Positions 8,275 through 18,661 of a DNA stretch of 64,000 bases are shown here, one piece after another; within the stretch, counting starts at the first letter, position 1; every line of letters begins with the position of its first letter. Below the pieces are notes generated by a model. The model ran no database searches. It worked only from the letters and a program-made list of their open reading frames with translations, and was not told the origin of the DNA. The stretch is taken from the NCBI GenBank assembly GCA_965203805.1, contig OZ241917.1, forward strand, positions 5,440,001-5,504,000. The letters run 5' to 3'. Source of the stretch: Candidatus Latescibacterota bacterium (lineage in GTDB: Bacteria; Latescibacterota; UBA2968; GCA-2709665). Made by a program: the position numbers and the translations under genes.

Positions 8275-11200
8275 TCAGTCCAGGGTCGCCCTGCAGTTGG
8301 ACCGGATTCGGAATCGCCCGTCCCTTTGCACGGTGGCCGTGGCCGTTGGCGTGACCGCTACGGCGTCTCCCGGTCCGATGTCGTAAAGATAGGCAATCTC
8401 GCCAACGTTGAACCTCGCGGCGAGGTCGTGTCCGCCCACCAGCCGGATGCCCGCGTCGCGCCGCACACCCGGGCTGTGAGGCGCGAGAGTAACGTCGTCA
8501 ACGGGCAGCCAGACCGTGTGGTCCTTGTCCGTGAGCCAGGCCCCGCGGTAATATCCCTGCGCCGCCATATAGAGGTTCGTTTTGGTGGACAGCCCCGTCC
8601 CGTCTGCGTTGCGTCCAGTGATGACGAACCGGCCGATTCGGAAACTGTCGTCGCCGAACCGGATGCGATAACGCCGCCCCTTGCCTTCCACGGCCGTGAT
8701 ATTGTAGGCGGTGGCGCGGCGGGGGTTCCCGATACGGGCGACGTCGCCCCTGAGGCCCGCCGCGCGGAAGGCCTGGCTCCCGGGGTCGCGTTCCACGGTG
8801 ATCGACGCAGACCCCGGATCGATTTCCACGATGTTTCCCTGCACGGGCTTTTCAATGGAGAGGGAATGCCCACCGGCGCTGATGCATCCGGAGCCTGACT
8901 GGTGCAGGGATACCAGCTTTCCCTCCGTGTCGCGGCGGGCCAGACTGAAGCTGCCGCCGGACGGTCCGGGGGCGTGGCGGATCGTGTCTTCGCCGTATTG
9001 GTGTCGTACCTTCAGCGCGAGGGTATCGCCGCTGGCATCCAGTTGTTCGACGTCGTGTACTTTCCTGGCGCCCTTATAGGGTTCGTGCACAGCCACAAAC
9101 CGGCTGGCCGCACGGTCCCCCGCGTTGCGCAGCAGCACCCAGGTGAGTTGCTTCGGATTGCCCGGTTTTCTGGGTGGGTCGCCGTGGGCGACGATCGCTT
9201 CGTCGGAGGGCAGGAAAGTCGTATTCAAGCCTATGCCGGTCTTCGGGTCGCGCCACGCGGAGGACCACGCCGCGGTCGGATGCCCGCGCTGCGCATCGTA
9301 CAGATACGAGTATCCGCCGCCCCGGTAGGTATAATACGAGCGGCCCTTCTTCAGCGGGTCGGTAAGGCCGTCGTCGTCATATATGGCGCCGTAGGGTACG
9401 TCCGGTCCTGCCAGCGTGCCCTGCTCCTGCGGCGGGGCGAACGCGATATCGTCCGCCGTGAACTCGCCCTCGAATCCGTGCAGGCTGTAGTCGTGCCGTG
9501 TCCCGCCCGCCACGCGGAAGACGTCGAGGACATAGCGGGCGTCCTTGCCTGCCTCGATGAGCGCGAGCGTCCGCCGGTACTCGGACGTATGGCGATAGGT
9601 TTCCGGGGCGTCGACCTGCACCCAGGTCAGATCTCTCGCCCTCACGAATTGCTCCAGCCTGCCGGGCCCCTGCGTATCCTGCCGCCGGCCGTCCACCACG
9701 ACCGTTGCGTGGGCCAGGGTGTTCTTGGTCCATACCGCGGGTCGGTCGCCCTCGGCGGCGTGTTCGCCGTAACCGAGGTCGGGGATGAGTTTTCGGCCGT
9801 ACGCGAAGAGTTCGACGTTGAGACGGTCGAAATGCGCGTGTTCGGTGGCCGCCCTTCCGTAGTACAGCGCAACAGCGGTTCGTTCACGGCCTCGCCCGGA
9901 CCGCAGCAGGGCCAGGCCGAAGCCCCCCATGAGACGGCTTCCGGTGTTCATGTCTCTGAGTTCGGCGCCGACGTCGGCGTGCGGTGAAGGTTCAACTGGT
10001 TCTTCCAGCAGCGACTCGAAGCTGTTGAAGCCGGTTTTCTCCCTTCGCAGCAATTCGCCGACGAAAGGGTCTCCCGTGGCTCTGTACGCTTCCTGCAGGG
10101 AATCGCTTCCCAGGGCGACATGGCCCCCCGTCGTGGTGCCGGCGTCGCCAATGCACGGGGTGAAGCGGTCCAGGCAGATCATTTCCGCTGCCCAGCGATA
10201 CATGCGCCTGAACTTCGGTCTGTCCCAGAGCCGTATGCCCCGGCCTTCCAGCAGGCGGGCGATAACGGTAAGGTGCGTGACCCAACTGCTGTTGTAGCTG
10301 GGGGAACTCTCCCACCCCATGCCCTCACGGAAGATCAGGTTGTCCAGCGCGAAGTTGATCCCTTCCGCGTGTGCGGCCTTGTCGCGAAAGATATACCCGT
10401 CGAAGTGGGTGAGCATTTCCTTGAGTTCCGTGGCTTCACCGGTGTTGTTCATCGTCCAGTCGACGGCTTTGTCGATTTCATTCCGGTCTCCCGAGGCGAG
10501 TGCGGCGACCAGCAGGGCTTCCTGGTGGCCGCCGTAGTTGCTTCGGACGTCGCCGCGGTAGATACCGTCGAGGCTCGCGCCGATAATGCCGGCCTCGATT
10601 TTTCGGCGGAATCCGTCCGCATCCGAACTGAAGACGGGGTCGTAGGGAATGGCGCCGCGCACGGCATCCAGGGCGTGGCACAGCCGGCGCACGGTGCCGG
10701 ATTCGGAAATGAGGTCGTTCATCTTCCCCGTATAGCCCGGCGAGAATTCCAGCGCGTACATGGATTGCCTGCTGTAGTCCATGTGCGGATAGACCTCGGC
10801 GAGCCGGTCCAGAATGACGAGCGCCTTGTGGGCATACCGGCCGTCGCCGCTGAGCAGATAGGCCTGCGAGAGCGAGGTGAGGCCGGCGACGACGGCGTTC
10901 CACGTACTGCAACAGCAATAGGCGATGAACCAGTGCCGAAAGGGCGCGTTTTCGCCCCGCCAGCCCCATCCGTCGTCCGCGTAAGGGCCGGTGAGCAGGC
11001 TGCGGTCTTCCATGCCGCTCTGGTAGAACGCCTCGAAGTCGTTGCTGGGATAGGATTCGCCGCCCACGGCGCAGGTCACGCGCCATTTGTCCTTGAATGG
11101 ATCGTGTATCCACCCTCCCTGGGCGTACCCGCCGTAACCGTTGGGGCCGCTGCCGTGGACCGGACATCCGCTGACGAAGTTGATGGTCCAGCTCCGCGGT

Positions 11201-11358
11201 ATTTCGGCGGACGGCATCAGCGTGCGAATGAAGTCCCGGTCCCGTTCCAGCCAAGGATTCGCGTCTTCAATGATACGCCCGGCGATTTTTTTCGCGTCGG
11301 GGTCAGCCGCCGCGCGTTGCCGGGCGAGTCGGATCTGTTCCGGTGTGTAGAGATTCAC
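8275..11358 (-). CDS. Heparinase II/III family polysaccharide lyase-like protein
   Basis: alpha-barrel region with ESSPSY, then HAHFDRL, DLGY, AHATVVVDG; no signal peptide. Confidence 0.8.
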   Translation of the reverse strand: MNLYTPEQIRLARQRAAADPDAKKIAGRIIEDANPWLERDRDFIRTLMPSAEIPRSWTINFVSGCPVHGSGPNGYGGYAQGGWIHDPFKDKWRVTCAVGGESYPSNDFEAFYQSGMEDRSLLTGPYADDGWGWRGENAPFRHWFIAYCCCSTWNAVVAGLTSLSQAYLLSGDGRYAHKALVILDRLAEVYPHMDYSRQSMYALEFSPGYTGKMNDLISESGTVRRLCHALDAVRGAIPYDPVFSSDADGFRRKIEAGIIGASLDGIYRGDVRSNYGGHQEALLVAALASGDRNEIDKAVDWTMNNTGEATELKEMLTHFDGYIFRDKAAHAEGINFALDNLIFREGMGWESSPSYNSSWVTHLTVIARLLEGRGIRLWDRPKFRRMYRWAAEMICLDRFTPCIGDAGTTTGGHVALGSDSLQEAYRATGDPFVGELLRREKTGFNSFESLLEEPVEPSPHADVGAELRDMNTGSRLMGGFGLALLRSGRGRERTAVALYYGRAATEHAHFDRLNVELFAYGRKLIPDLGYGEHAAEGDRPAVWTKNTLAHATVVVDGRRQDTQGPGRLEQFVRARDLTWVQVDAPETYRHTSEYRRTLALIEAGKDARYVLDVFRVAGGTRHDYSLHGFEGEFTADDIAFAPPQEQGTLAGPDVPYGAIYDDDGLTDPLKKGRSYYTYRGGGYSYLYDAQRGHPTAAWSSAWRDPKTGIGLNTTFLPSDEAIVAHGDPPRKPGNPKQLTWVLLRNAGDRAASRFVAVHEPYKGARKVHDVEQLDASGDTLALKVRHQYGEDTIRHAPGPSGGSFSLARRDTEGKLVSLHQSGSGCISAGGHSLSIEKPVQGNIVEIDPGSASITVERDPGSQAFRAAGLRGDVARIGNPRRATAYNITAVEGKGRRYRIRFGDDSFRIGRFVITGRNADGTGLSTKTNLYMAAQGYYRGAWLTDKDHTVWLPVDDVTLAPHSPGVRRDAGIRLVGGHDLAARFNVGEIAYLYDIGPGDAVAVTPTATATVQRDGRFRIRSNCRATLD

Positions 11359-11796
11359 CTGGGCTCCTGGTTATCTGTGACAGTTGACGCGGATGCTCCT
11401 TTTCGTGCAGGAGATCATCCGCGCGCGGGAAATTATCGGAGGCGCCGTTTGCGCACGCGCGGGCACCGAAGCGGTACCGATGACCGGCCCATCAGTATTT
11501 CGAAAGCGAGGCGAATCCGCAAGGCTATTTTCGACCGCCGGGATGAATCGTCGGATGGAGGGAGCACTTTCACCGGGGCGGGTAACGGAGGGTCAACTCA
11601 AGTCGTGCGCCACTTGCCGAAGCGCTTGACGCCTGATGACATATTTGATAAATAGTCGAGGTTCGACAGCAGGCGTTTCAGTTCGAAAAAGGAGCAACCC
11701 GACGCCACGATGCCGCGTCTCGGGCGGCAATCCTCACGGCGGGGATTCGCCTCGCATATCGGCCGCTTGCGCTTCGGGCACACAAGGGGAAACTGA

Positions 11797-12738
11797 ATGG
11801 AATATCGCACGCTCGGACGAACCGGGCTTCGTGTTTCGGTGCTGGGCATCGGGACGGGCGGTCCGAGTCAGTTCGGACAGGGTTCCGGCGTTCCGGAGGC
11901 CGATGCCGGCCGGATGGTGCGCAGGGCGCTGGAACTGGGCGTAAATTTCTTCGACACCGCCGCCGGATATGGGGATAGCGAGGCCATTCTCGGCAGGGCG
12001 CTGGCGGGCGTGCCGCGGGAGAACTACGTGCTGGCGACAAAGGTGCAGGCGGCGCGGGACGACTGGACCGCCACGTCCGAAGACGTGGTCGCCTCCGTGG
12101 AGCGAAGCCTTGCGCGCCTCAGGGTGGACGTGATTGACGTCATGCAGTTTCACGGCGTGAAGCCGGAAGACTACGCGCGCACAATCGAGATCTTCCTGCC
12201 GGTAATGGCGCGCCTTCAGGAGCAGGGAAAATTCCGGTTTCTGGGCGTATCTGAGACCTATTCGCAGGATCCCGGGCACGAGATGTTTCCGACGGCGCTG
12301 GCCGACGGCCATTTTGACACGGCAATGGTCGGGTACAATATGATCAGCCCCACGGCGGAGCACAGCGTCCTGCCGATGTGTCTGGAAAAAAACGTGGGCG
12401 TGATCTGTATGGTGGCCGTACGCCGGGCGCTGAGCAGGCCGGAGGTGTTGGCCGAGCGTATCGCCTACGCGAAGGAGAAAGGGCTGATAAAAAGGGATTC
12501 CGTGCCGGATGAGGATCCGCTGGGCTGGCTCGTGAAGGGGCACGTGAATTCGCTGCCGGCGGCCGCATACAAATACGTGGCGTCCCATCCGGCGATGGGT
12601 ACGGTGCTTACGGGCACGGCGAACATCGAACACCTGGAAGCCAACGTGAAGGCCATACTCGGGCCGCCGCTGCCGGACGAAGACATGGCGCGATTGAGAG
12701 ACATCTTCGGCGCCGTGTGGGAACCGTTGGGGAACTGA
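11797..12738 (+). CDS. Aldo/keto reductase
   Basis: MEYRTLGRTGLRVS, FDTAAGYG, ATK, SLARL. Confidence 0.92.
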   Translation: MEYRTLGRTGLRVSVLGIGTGGPSQFGQGSGVPEADAGRMVRRALELGVNFFDTAAGYGDSEAILGRALAGVPRENYVLATKVQAARDDWTATSEDVVASVERSLARLRVDVIDVMQFHGVKPEDYARTIEIFLPVMARLQEQGKFRFLGVSETYSQDPGHEMFPTALADGHFDTAMVGYNMISPTAEHSVLPMCLEKNVGVICMVAVRRALSRPEVLAERIAYAKEKGLIKRDSVPDEDPLGWLVKGHVNSLPAAAYKYVASHPAMGTVLTGTANIEHLEANVKAILGPPLPDEDMARLRDIFGAVWEPLGN

Positions 12739-12745
12739 TGCTGTA

Positions 12746-13004
12746 AAAGGCGGGTAGAGGGAAGACGTTAGACGGGAGATTCCGTGAGTGCGCTATGGTT
12801 ATTCTTGATTGTTACGATAGCGGCAAAGAAACAGGCACGGTTAGCGTGAAAACACTGTGGTAACGTTATCATCTACCGTCTACCGTCTTGCGTCTCACCG
12901 GTTTTATTGCCCGATGCGGTTTCATTTCTTGCCGGAGGCAAAAAGGAAGAAACAATCGAGCAAGGATGTCATCTCCCGTCTCCCGGCTCACGTCTTACCG
13001 AAGT
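12746..13004. repeat. Heptamer (AGACGNN)-bracketed cassette locus 1: H>, A(-), <H, B(-), <H
   Basis: Cassette A 12781-12870 and cassette B 12905-12970 are reverse-complement homologues of copies at loci 3-6. Confidence 0.85.
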
Positions 13005-13094
13005 TAGTCGACCACACCGCAGAGAGACGGCATGTATCGACGGGAGATTGGGAAGACATTTTCGGGACAGGACACGATCTGAGAGGAGCGTTGC

Positions 13095-14216
13095 ATGGGC
13101 GAGACGACCGCGGAATCCGAGGCGCCGGCGACAGACGGCCGGAAATCCGATGTGACCCTGATAGACGCGGATGTCCACAATTATCCGGACTCCATGGACG
13201 AACTCCTGCCCCACCTGTCGAAGCGGTGGCAGGCGTACGTGAAGCAGTCCGGGTTTACGCTCCCGTCGGTTTCAATCTATCCCAAGCTCTTTGCCCAGGC
13301 CGCCCGGCGCGACGCGTGGCCCCCGAGCGGCAGGAGGCCCGGCGCAGACGCCGATTTTGCGCGGGAGCAGTTGCTCGACACATGGGATATCGACTATGCG
13401 GTTCTCAACCCGCTCGTCGCGGTGTCGTCCGTACGAAATATCGATCTTGCCAACGCGCTGCAGCGGGCGGTCAACGAATGGACCCGGGAGGCATGGCTGG
13501 ACGCCGACCGGCGCTGGCGCGGTTCCATCGTCGTCAATATCCAGGACGCAGACGCCGCCGCGGCCGAGATCGAGCGCCTCGCGGGCGACCGTCGCTTTGT
13601 ACAGGTGCTGCTGCTCGTGCGCTCCTACGCCCCCTACGGTCGACGCGAATTCAGGCCTGTATTTCGCGCGGCGGCGGCGGCCGACCTGCCGGTAGGCATT
13701 CACTTTGGCGGCGGTGGCAATCCCATTACCGCCAGCGGCTGGCCATCCTATTATATCGAGGACCACACGGGAATGTCGCAGGCCTTCGAAGCCCAGGTCA
13801 TCAGCCTGGTATGCGAAGGCGTTTTCGAGGAACTGCCGTCTGCCCGCGCGGCCCTCATCGAGGGTGGATTTGCCTGGCTTCCGGCGCTCATGTGGCGGCT
13901 GGACAAGAACTACCGGGGACTGCGCAGCGAAGTGCCCTGGCTCCGGAGGCTGCCCAGCGAATACATCCTGGATCACTTCCGCGCCACGACGCAGCCCATG
14001 GAGGAGCCCGCCGATACCCGGCACCTGCTCTCCATTCTGGACATGATCGGGCGCGACGACTTTCTGATGTTCGCCACCGATTACCCCCACTGGGACTTCG
14101 ACGCCCCCGACCGGGCCCTGCCGCGGGCAATCAAGGGCGCCCTCAGACAACGCATTCTGTCCGAAAACGCGGCGGCTTTCTATGGCCTTGAAGACAATCG
14201 ACATCGGATCAGTTGA
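13095..14216 (+). CDS. Amidohydrolase_2-fold protein (possible dinuclear oxygenase)
   Basis: [24 protein letters not shown]. Confidence 0.85.
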   Translation: MGETTAESEAPATDGRKSDVTLIDADVHNYPDSMDELLPHLSKRWQAYVKQSGFTLPSVSIYPKLFAQAARRDAWPPSGRRPGADADFAREQLLDTWDIDYAVLNPLVAVSSVRNIDLANALQRAVNEWTREAWLDADRRWRGSIVVNIQDADAAAAEIERLAGDRRFVQVLLLVRSYAPYGRREFRPVFRAAAAADLPVGIHFGGGGNPITASGWPSYYIEDHTGMSQAFEAQVISLVCEGVFEELPSARAALIEGGFAWLPALMWRLDKNYRGLRSEVPWLRRLPSEYILDHFRATTQPMEEPADTRHLLSILDMIGRDDFLMFATDYPHWDFDAPDRALPRAIKGALRQRILSENAAAFYGLEDNRHRIS

Positions 14217-14547
14217 CGATTTCGAGCCCGGCCGGCCGCGTCGCGTGGCAGCGGGCGGGCGGGCGCTGACGGTGGTGCGCCGCGGCCGGCGTTTCTTCGC
14301 GTTGCGCGATATCTGTCCCCATCAGGGTGCGCCGCTGTCCGCCGGAAAGGTGGACGGTACCGCCATGCCGTGCCGACCCGGCGAGGAAATCTCGTACGGC
14401 CGCGTGGGCGAAATCCTTACCTGTCCCTGGCACGGCTGGCAATTCGACCTGGCCACCGGCCGCGCCCTGATCGAGCCCGACCGATTTCGCGTGCGGGTCT
14501 ACCCGGTGCGCGTCGTTTGCGGACGCGTGGTTGTGGACCTCAAATAG
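14182..14547 (+). CDS. Rieske [2Fe-2S] ferredoxin
   Basis: CPHQG...CPWHGWQFD; overlaps the upstream gene by 35 bp. Confidence 0.92.
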   Translation: MALKTIDIGSVDDFEPGRPRRVAAGGRALTVVRRGRRFFALRDICPHQGAPLSAGKVDGTAMPCRPGEEISYGRVGEILTCPWHGWQFDLATGRALIEPDRFRVRVYPVRVVCGRVVVDLK

Positions 14548-14606
14548 CAGCCAGTTGAGAAAGTCCATCCGGACACCCGAACGACCTTCCCCGATCGGAG
14601 CCACGA

Positions 14607-15791
14607 TTGATCCGAATCGGCAATCCGTTTTCCGAATGGAACCGGGATTTCAGACTGCTGGCCGCGGCGGCGTTTTCCGTCGGTGTGTTTTTCGGCGTGC
14701 AACTCACGTTGTACAACAATTTCGCCGTGGATCGCCTGGGCATCGAGCCGCACGAACTCGGGTACGTGGAAGCCCTGCGGGAGACGTCGGGATTCCTGAA
14801 TGCGTTCTTCATCGCGCTCATGATGCGCGTGGCGCCGCCAGTCGTCGCCGGCGCTTCCCTGCTGGTGATGGGCGCCGGACTTGCCGCGTACGCGGATGTG
14901 TATACCGTATTTTCCCTCGCCGTATATTCGGCGCTGTGGGGCATCGGGTTCCATTGCTGGATCCCCATGGAACAGTCCATGGCGTTGCGGTTTTCGCCCG
15001 AGGGAAAGAAAGGAAAATGGCTGGGTCAGCTGCGGAGCGTTCATGCCCTGGCGTGGCTGCTGACCATCGGGGTCTGTAATCTCGTTTTCCATCTGATCCG
15101 CTACGACTGGCTGTTCGTGGGGGCGGGAGCGATCACCGCGCTGGGCGGACTCACGATCTTCTTCGCCGGCAGAAGGCGCCCGGAGTTTCGGGAGAAGAGT
15201 TTCGTGTTCCGCCGCCGCTACGGCCTGTATTATGCTCTGAATTTTCTTCAGGGCTGCCGGAAGCAGATGTTTATCACGTTTGCCATCTTCGCGCTGGTGA
15301 AAGTCCATGGGATGCCCGTGGAAACGACGATGGCGCTCGTGCTCATCAATCAGACGCTGATTACGTTAACGGCCCCGCTGATGGGCCGGATGGTGGACAG
15401 GTATGGAGAACGGGCGGTGCTCAGCTGGAGCTATATCGGGCTGGCCTTCGTTTTTTTCGGATATGGCGCGATTCAGCACCGTCCGACGCTGTACGTGCTA
15501 TATTGCGTGGACAACCTTATCTTCTTCGGGGGCATCGCGCTGACCACGTACCTGCACAAGATCGCGCCGCAGGAGGACCTGAAGCCCACGCTGTCCATGG
15601 GGGTGACAATGAACCATTTCGCAGCCGTGGCCGCGCCGCTGATCGGCGGGTTGGTCTGGCGTCACTTCGGCTACCAGGTGATCTTTTTCAGCGGCGCGGT
15701 CCTGGCGTTGATTTCACTGGTGGTGAGCCAGTGGGTGGATCCGGAGGGCATGCTTCGTCGAGAACGCGAGGCGCCCGCATTGGCGGATTGA
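14607..15791 (+). CDS. MFS transporter
   Basis: About 12 hydrophobic helices; GRMVDRYGER motif A. Confidence 0.88.
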   Translation: MIRIGNPFSEWNRDFRLLAAAAFSVGVFFGVQLTLYNNFAVDRLGIEPHELGYVEALRETSGFLNAFFIALMMRVAPPVVAGASLLVMGAGLAAYADVYTVFSLAVYSALWGIGFHCWIPMEQSMALRFSPEGKKGKWLGQLRSVHALAWLLTIGVCNLVFHLIRYDWLFVGAGAITALGGLTIFFAGRRRPEFREKSFVFRRRYGLYYALNFLQGCRKQMFITFAIFALVKVHGMPVETTMALVLINQTLITLTAPLMGRMVDRYGERAVLSWSYIGLAFVFFGYGAIQHRPTLYVLYCVDNLIFFGGIALTTYLHKIAPQEDLKPTLSMGVTMNHFAAVAAPLIGGLVWRHFGYQVIFFSGAVLALISLVVSQWVDPEGMLRREREAPALAD

Positions 15792-15827
15792 CCCCCGCGC
15801 GGGCATCGAACTGATAGGGAGGACAGG

Positions 15828-16781
15828 ATGAGGTCTCGAGAACTTGGACGTACGGGAATTCGGATCTCGGAAGTGGGATTGGGTTGCTGGCCGATCGGCG
15901 GCGCGTCATTCCGCGGAGGCAGCCCCACCGGCTGGTCCGGCGTGGATGTCATGGGATCGGTTGACACCGTCCGCCGTTCCTGGGCGCGCGGTGTGACATT
16001 CTACGATACAGCGGACGCGTACGGCCGCGGCAAGAGCGAGGTGCTGGTGGGTCTGGGCTTGTACGAAAACAAGAACGATGCCGTGATCTGCACCAAGGTC
16101 GGAATGAGTCTCGCGGCGCCGGGGCAGGATTTCTCCGAACCGTATATCCTTGGCGCGCTGGACGCGAGTCTTACGCGCCTGGAGCGCGATACCGTGGATC
16201 TGTATCTGTTGCACGGCCCACCGCTGGAGGGGATGACCGACGCCCTGTTCGGGTTGATGAGAGACCTGAAGGGGTCGGGCAAGATTCGCGCGTGGGGCGT
16301 TTCGATCAGTCCGGTCGAAACCTCCGACGTGGTTGTGGAGGAAGGACTGCGCGCGATGGAGGGCGGCGCCGAGGCGATTCAACTGGTGTACAACATCCTT
16401 CAGCAGAAGGAAGGCGACGCCCTGTTTCCCGCGGCGCTGGAAAAGGGCGTGGGCATGATCGCGCGGGTGCCCCTGGCTTCCGGCTGGCTGACGGGAAAGT
16501 ACAATGAACGTACCGAATTTCCCGCGGACGACCTGCGGAGTATCAGATACACTTCAGAGAGGGTGAGGGAGACGGCTGCGCAGGTCGGACAGCTGGACTT
16601 TCTGCTGGAGGAGGCGGATTCGATGGTCGACGCCGCACTGCGGTTCGTCCTTTCGAATCCCGCGGTTTCCACGGTCATTCCGGGGGCGAAGACGCCCGCA
16701 CAACTGGATGACATCGTCAACGCGGCCGGGAAGACGTTGTCGGCCGGCGCCCTGGATCGGGTCCGGGAACTGTTCGGCTGA
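15828..16781 (+). CDS. Aldo/keto reductase
   Basis: LGRTGIRIS, YDTADAYG, CTK, LYLLH. Confidence 0.92.
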   Translation: MRSRELGRTGIRISEVGLGCWPIGGASFRGGSPTGWSGVDVMGSVDTVRRSWARGVTFYDTADAYGRGKSEVLVGLGLYENKNDAVICTKVGMSLAAPGQDFSEPYILGALDASLTRLERDTVDLYLLHGPPLEGMTDALFGLMRDLKGSGKIRAWGVSISPVETSDVVVEEGLRAMEGGAEAIQLVYNILQQKEGDALFPAALEKGVGMIARVPLASGWLTGKYNERTEFPADDLRSIRYTSERVRETAAQVGQLDFLLEEADSMVDAALRFVLSNPAVSTVIPGAKTPAQLDDIVNAAGKTLSAGALDRVRELFG

Positions 16782-16802
16782 TTCGCGGGACGAGGAGCAG
16801 CA

Positions 16803-16934
16803 AAAGGCAGCTATCAGCCGTCAGCGTTCAGCAGTCGGCTTGAGTCAAAAGCGAAAATCAACTTCGACATCCCCATCTCCCCAAATTCCCTGAAGGCGGG
16901 TAGAGGGAAGACGTTAGACGGGAGACGGGAGATG
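16803..16934. repeat. Repeat locus 2: CAGCNNT heptamer module E, module C, AGACGNN array
   Basis: 16803-16848 matches the reverse complement of 48556-48601; 16857-16897 matches the reverse complement of 30505-30545; 16893-16925 is identical to 12747-12779 (33 bp). Confidence 0.85.
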
Positions 16935-16997
16935 ATATATCGCGTCTCCCGGACGACGATATGGCATCGCGAAATTTATCGGCGATAGACGTGCAGA

Positions 16998-17037
16998 CCT
17001 CTCCCCCCGGCCCCCTCTCCCGCGGGGAGAGGGGGAG
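16998..17037. repeat. CCCTCTCCC-GGGAGAGGG REP-like hairpin
   Basis: ccccctctccc-gcg-gggagaggggg; degenerate relatives near 6811-6834 and 59358-59379. Confidence 0.65.
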
Positions 17038-17179
17038 CAGAACCAGGCGTAAATCAAGCAATGACAAGATCCTCCCTCTTTCAGGAACGTCGCAGGTGGG
17101 TTGCGGTCTTGGGGGATTTGCAAGCGCTCTATCAATAAGGAATGTAAGTGTTTTGAACTTCGCGCCATTCCGTCGCGCG

Positions 17180-17365
17180 TTCGGTGGCTGAGCGGGGGGT
17201 TTTTGCGTGTTAATCCGTGCAGCTCCGAAGCAGAATGAGACCGATTGGGTACTCAGGCCACAGTCGCTCGTTTGTACCACTGGGTTGGTTCACGCAAAAA
17301 CCGGCCCCGCGCCGAGCGGCGCCGTTCTTTTTGGTCCTTTTTCTTGGGCGTACAAGAAAAAGGAC
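17180..17365 (+). other. Long imperfect hairpin plus perfect 13-bp hairpin (candidate structured RNA or repeat)
   Basis: 17192-17209 pairs with 17291-17310; inner stems rich in G:U; gtcctttttcttg-ggcgta-caagaaaaaggac at 17334-17365. Confidence 0.55.
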
Positions 17366-17611
17366 GAAGAGAAAATAAGAGTTTGTGAGAGAGATTAAGA
17401 TCTTGTTCTACCGGAGGTTAGTTCCAAAAGGTGTTCGTCCGCCGACAGGCGACCTGCGCAATGGTGGCAAGTGAGGACACTTCGACATGCCGCTTCCGCA
17501 AGCCACTTCGGCAAGCTCAGTGCAAGCAGCGTAAGCAACGCCGCGAGGCGGGATGATTCAGCGGAACATGGTGACGCATTTTGAGAGAGAATACCAGGGA
17601 GGGTTGCTGAT

Positions 17612-18595
17612 ATGGTCGGATTCGCGGTTGTCGGCCTTGGAATGGGACAAAACCGGTCAAGACTGATTCACGGTACGGACGGCGCCGCGTTGAAGGTCGT
17701 GGTGGACCTGGACCGAACGCGCCTGGAAAAGGTGAGTTCCGAACTGGGTGTGGAGGGAACAACGGACCTGAACGCGGCGCTTGATCGGGCGGACGTGGAC
17801 GTGGTGATGGTGATGACGCCCAGCGGGACCCATGCCGACCTGGGCATTCAGGCCGCCCGCGCGGGCAAACACGTGATAACGACCAAGCCCATGGACGTGT
17901 CGACCGACGCGTGCGACCGGTTGATCGCGGCCTGCGACGAGGCCGGCGTGCTCTGCGGCGTGGACTACCAGAGCCGGTACGTCGACAACAACTGGCGCGT
18001 GGCCGAAGCGCTGAGACGGGGCTGGCTCGGCAAGCCCATTCTCGGCGAGGTGCGTTTCAAGTGGTTCCGGGCGGCGTCCTATTTCGAGGCAAGCGGCGGC
18101 TGGCGCGGGACGTGGAAAATGGACGGGGGCGGATCGCTCGCCAACCAGGGGGCGCACCTCCTGGACGTGATGTGCTGGTTTATGGGCGACGCGGTTTCGG
18201 TCTATGGTGAAACGGCCGTCATGAACCATGAGATCGAAACCGAGGATATCGGGCTGGCAATCGTGAATTTCGCGAACGGCGCCAAAGGCACGATTGTCGG
18301 CACCACGACGTTTCCGTCGAGTGCGTATTTCAGCGCGGAAGTTCACGGATCGGACGGTGGGGTGTTGATCGAGGACGTGCTTACGGGCAAGATGAGTGTG
18401 TTCGGCGAGGGCCTGCAGGAGCGGCTGGCGACGGTGGAGAATCCACTTCAGAATATCGTGGAGGACGTCGTCAGCGCCGTGGAGAGAAGGACGCCGCTAC
18501 GGGTCGACGGACAGGAGGGACGCCGGACAGTGGCGCTGCTGGAGGCCGTCTACAAGTCGGCGCGGGAGGGCCGGCCGGTTGAGGTCGACGCATGA
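17612..18595 (+). CDS. Gfo/Idh/MocA oxidoreductase
   Basis: VGLGMG, TTKPM, GGGSLANQGAH. Confidence 0.9.
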   Translation: MVGFAVVGLGMGQNRSRLIHGTDGAALKVVVDLDRTRLEKVSSELGVEGTTDLNAALDRADVDVVMVMTPSGTHADLGIQAARAGKHVITTKPMDVSTDACDRLIAACDEAGVLCGVDYQSRYVDNNWRVAEALRRGWLGKPILGEVRFKWFRAASYFEASGGWRGTWKMDGGGSLANQGAHLLDVMCWFMGDAVSVYGETAVMNHEIETEDIGLAIVNFANGAKGTIVGTTTFPSSAYFSAEVHGSDGGVLIEDVLTGKMSVFGEGLQERLATVENPLQNIVEDVVSAVERRTPLRVDGQEGRRTVALLEAVYKSAREGRPVEVDA

Positions 18596-18661
18596 TTGAC
18601 GGATAGTACGGTCGTTTCCGCGTCCGCAATTTTCCTGTCGATTCGACGAGTCATTTCCGTC

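Noticed and set aside
11660-11760. Leader with GAAAAAGGAGCAACCC...TCTCGGGC loosely like a glycine riboswitch
   Set aside because: Lacks the GGAGA and CCGAAG/CTCTCAGG core; not supportable without Infernal
12746-13004. Repeat-spacer-repeat look resembling a CRISPR array
   Set aside because: The repeats are degenerate 7-mers in inverted orientation, the spacers are 70-90 bp and recur elsewhere, and there are no cas genes
16708-16893. Small ORFs ending STS(T/P)SPQIP here and at 30510-30695
   Set aside because: The similarity comes from repeat module C, not from a conserved peptide gene
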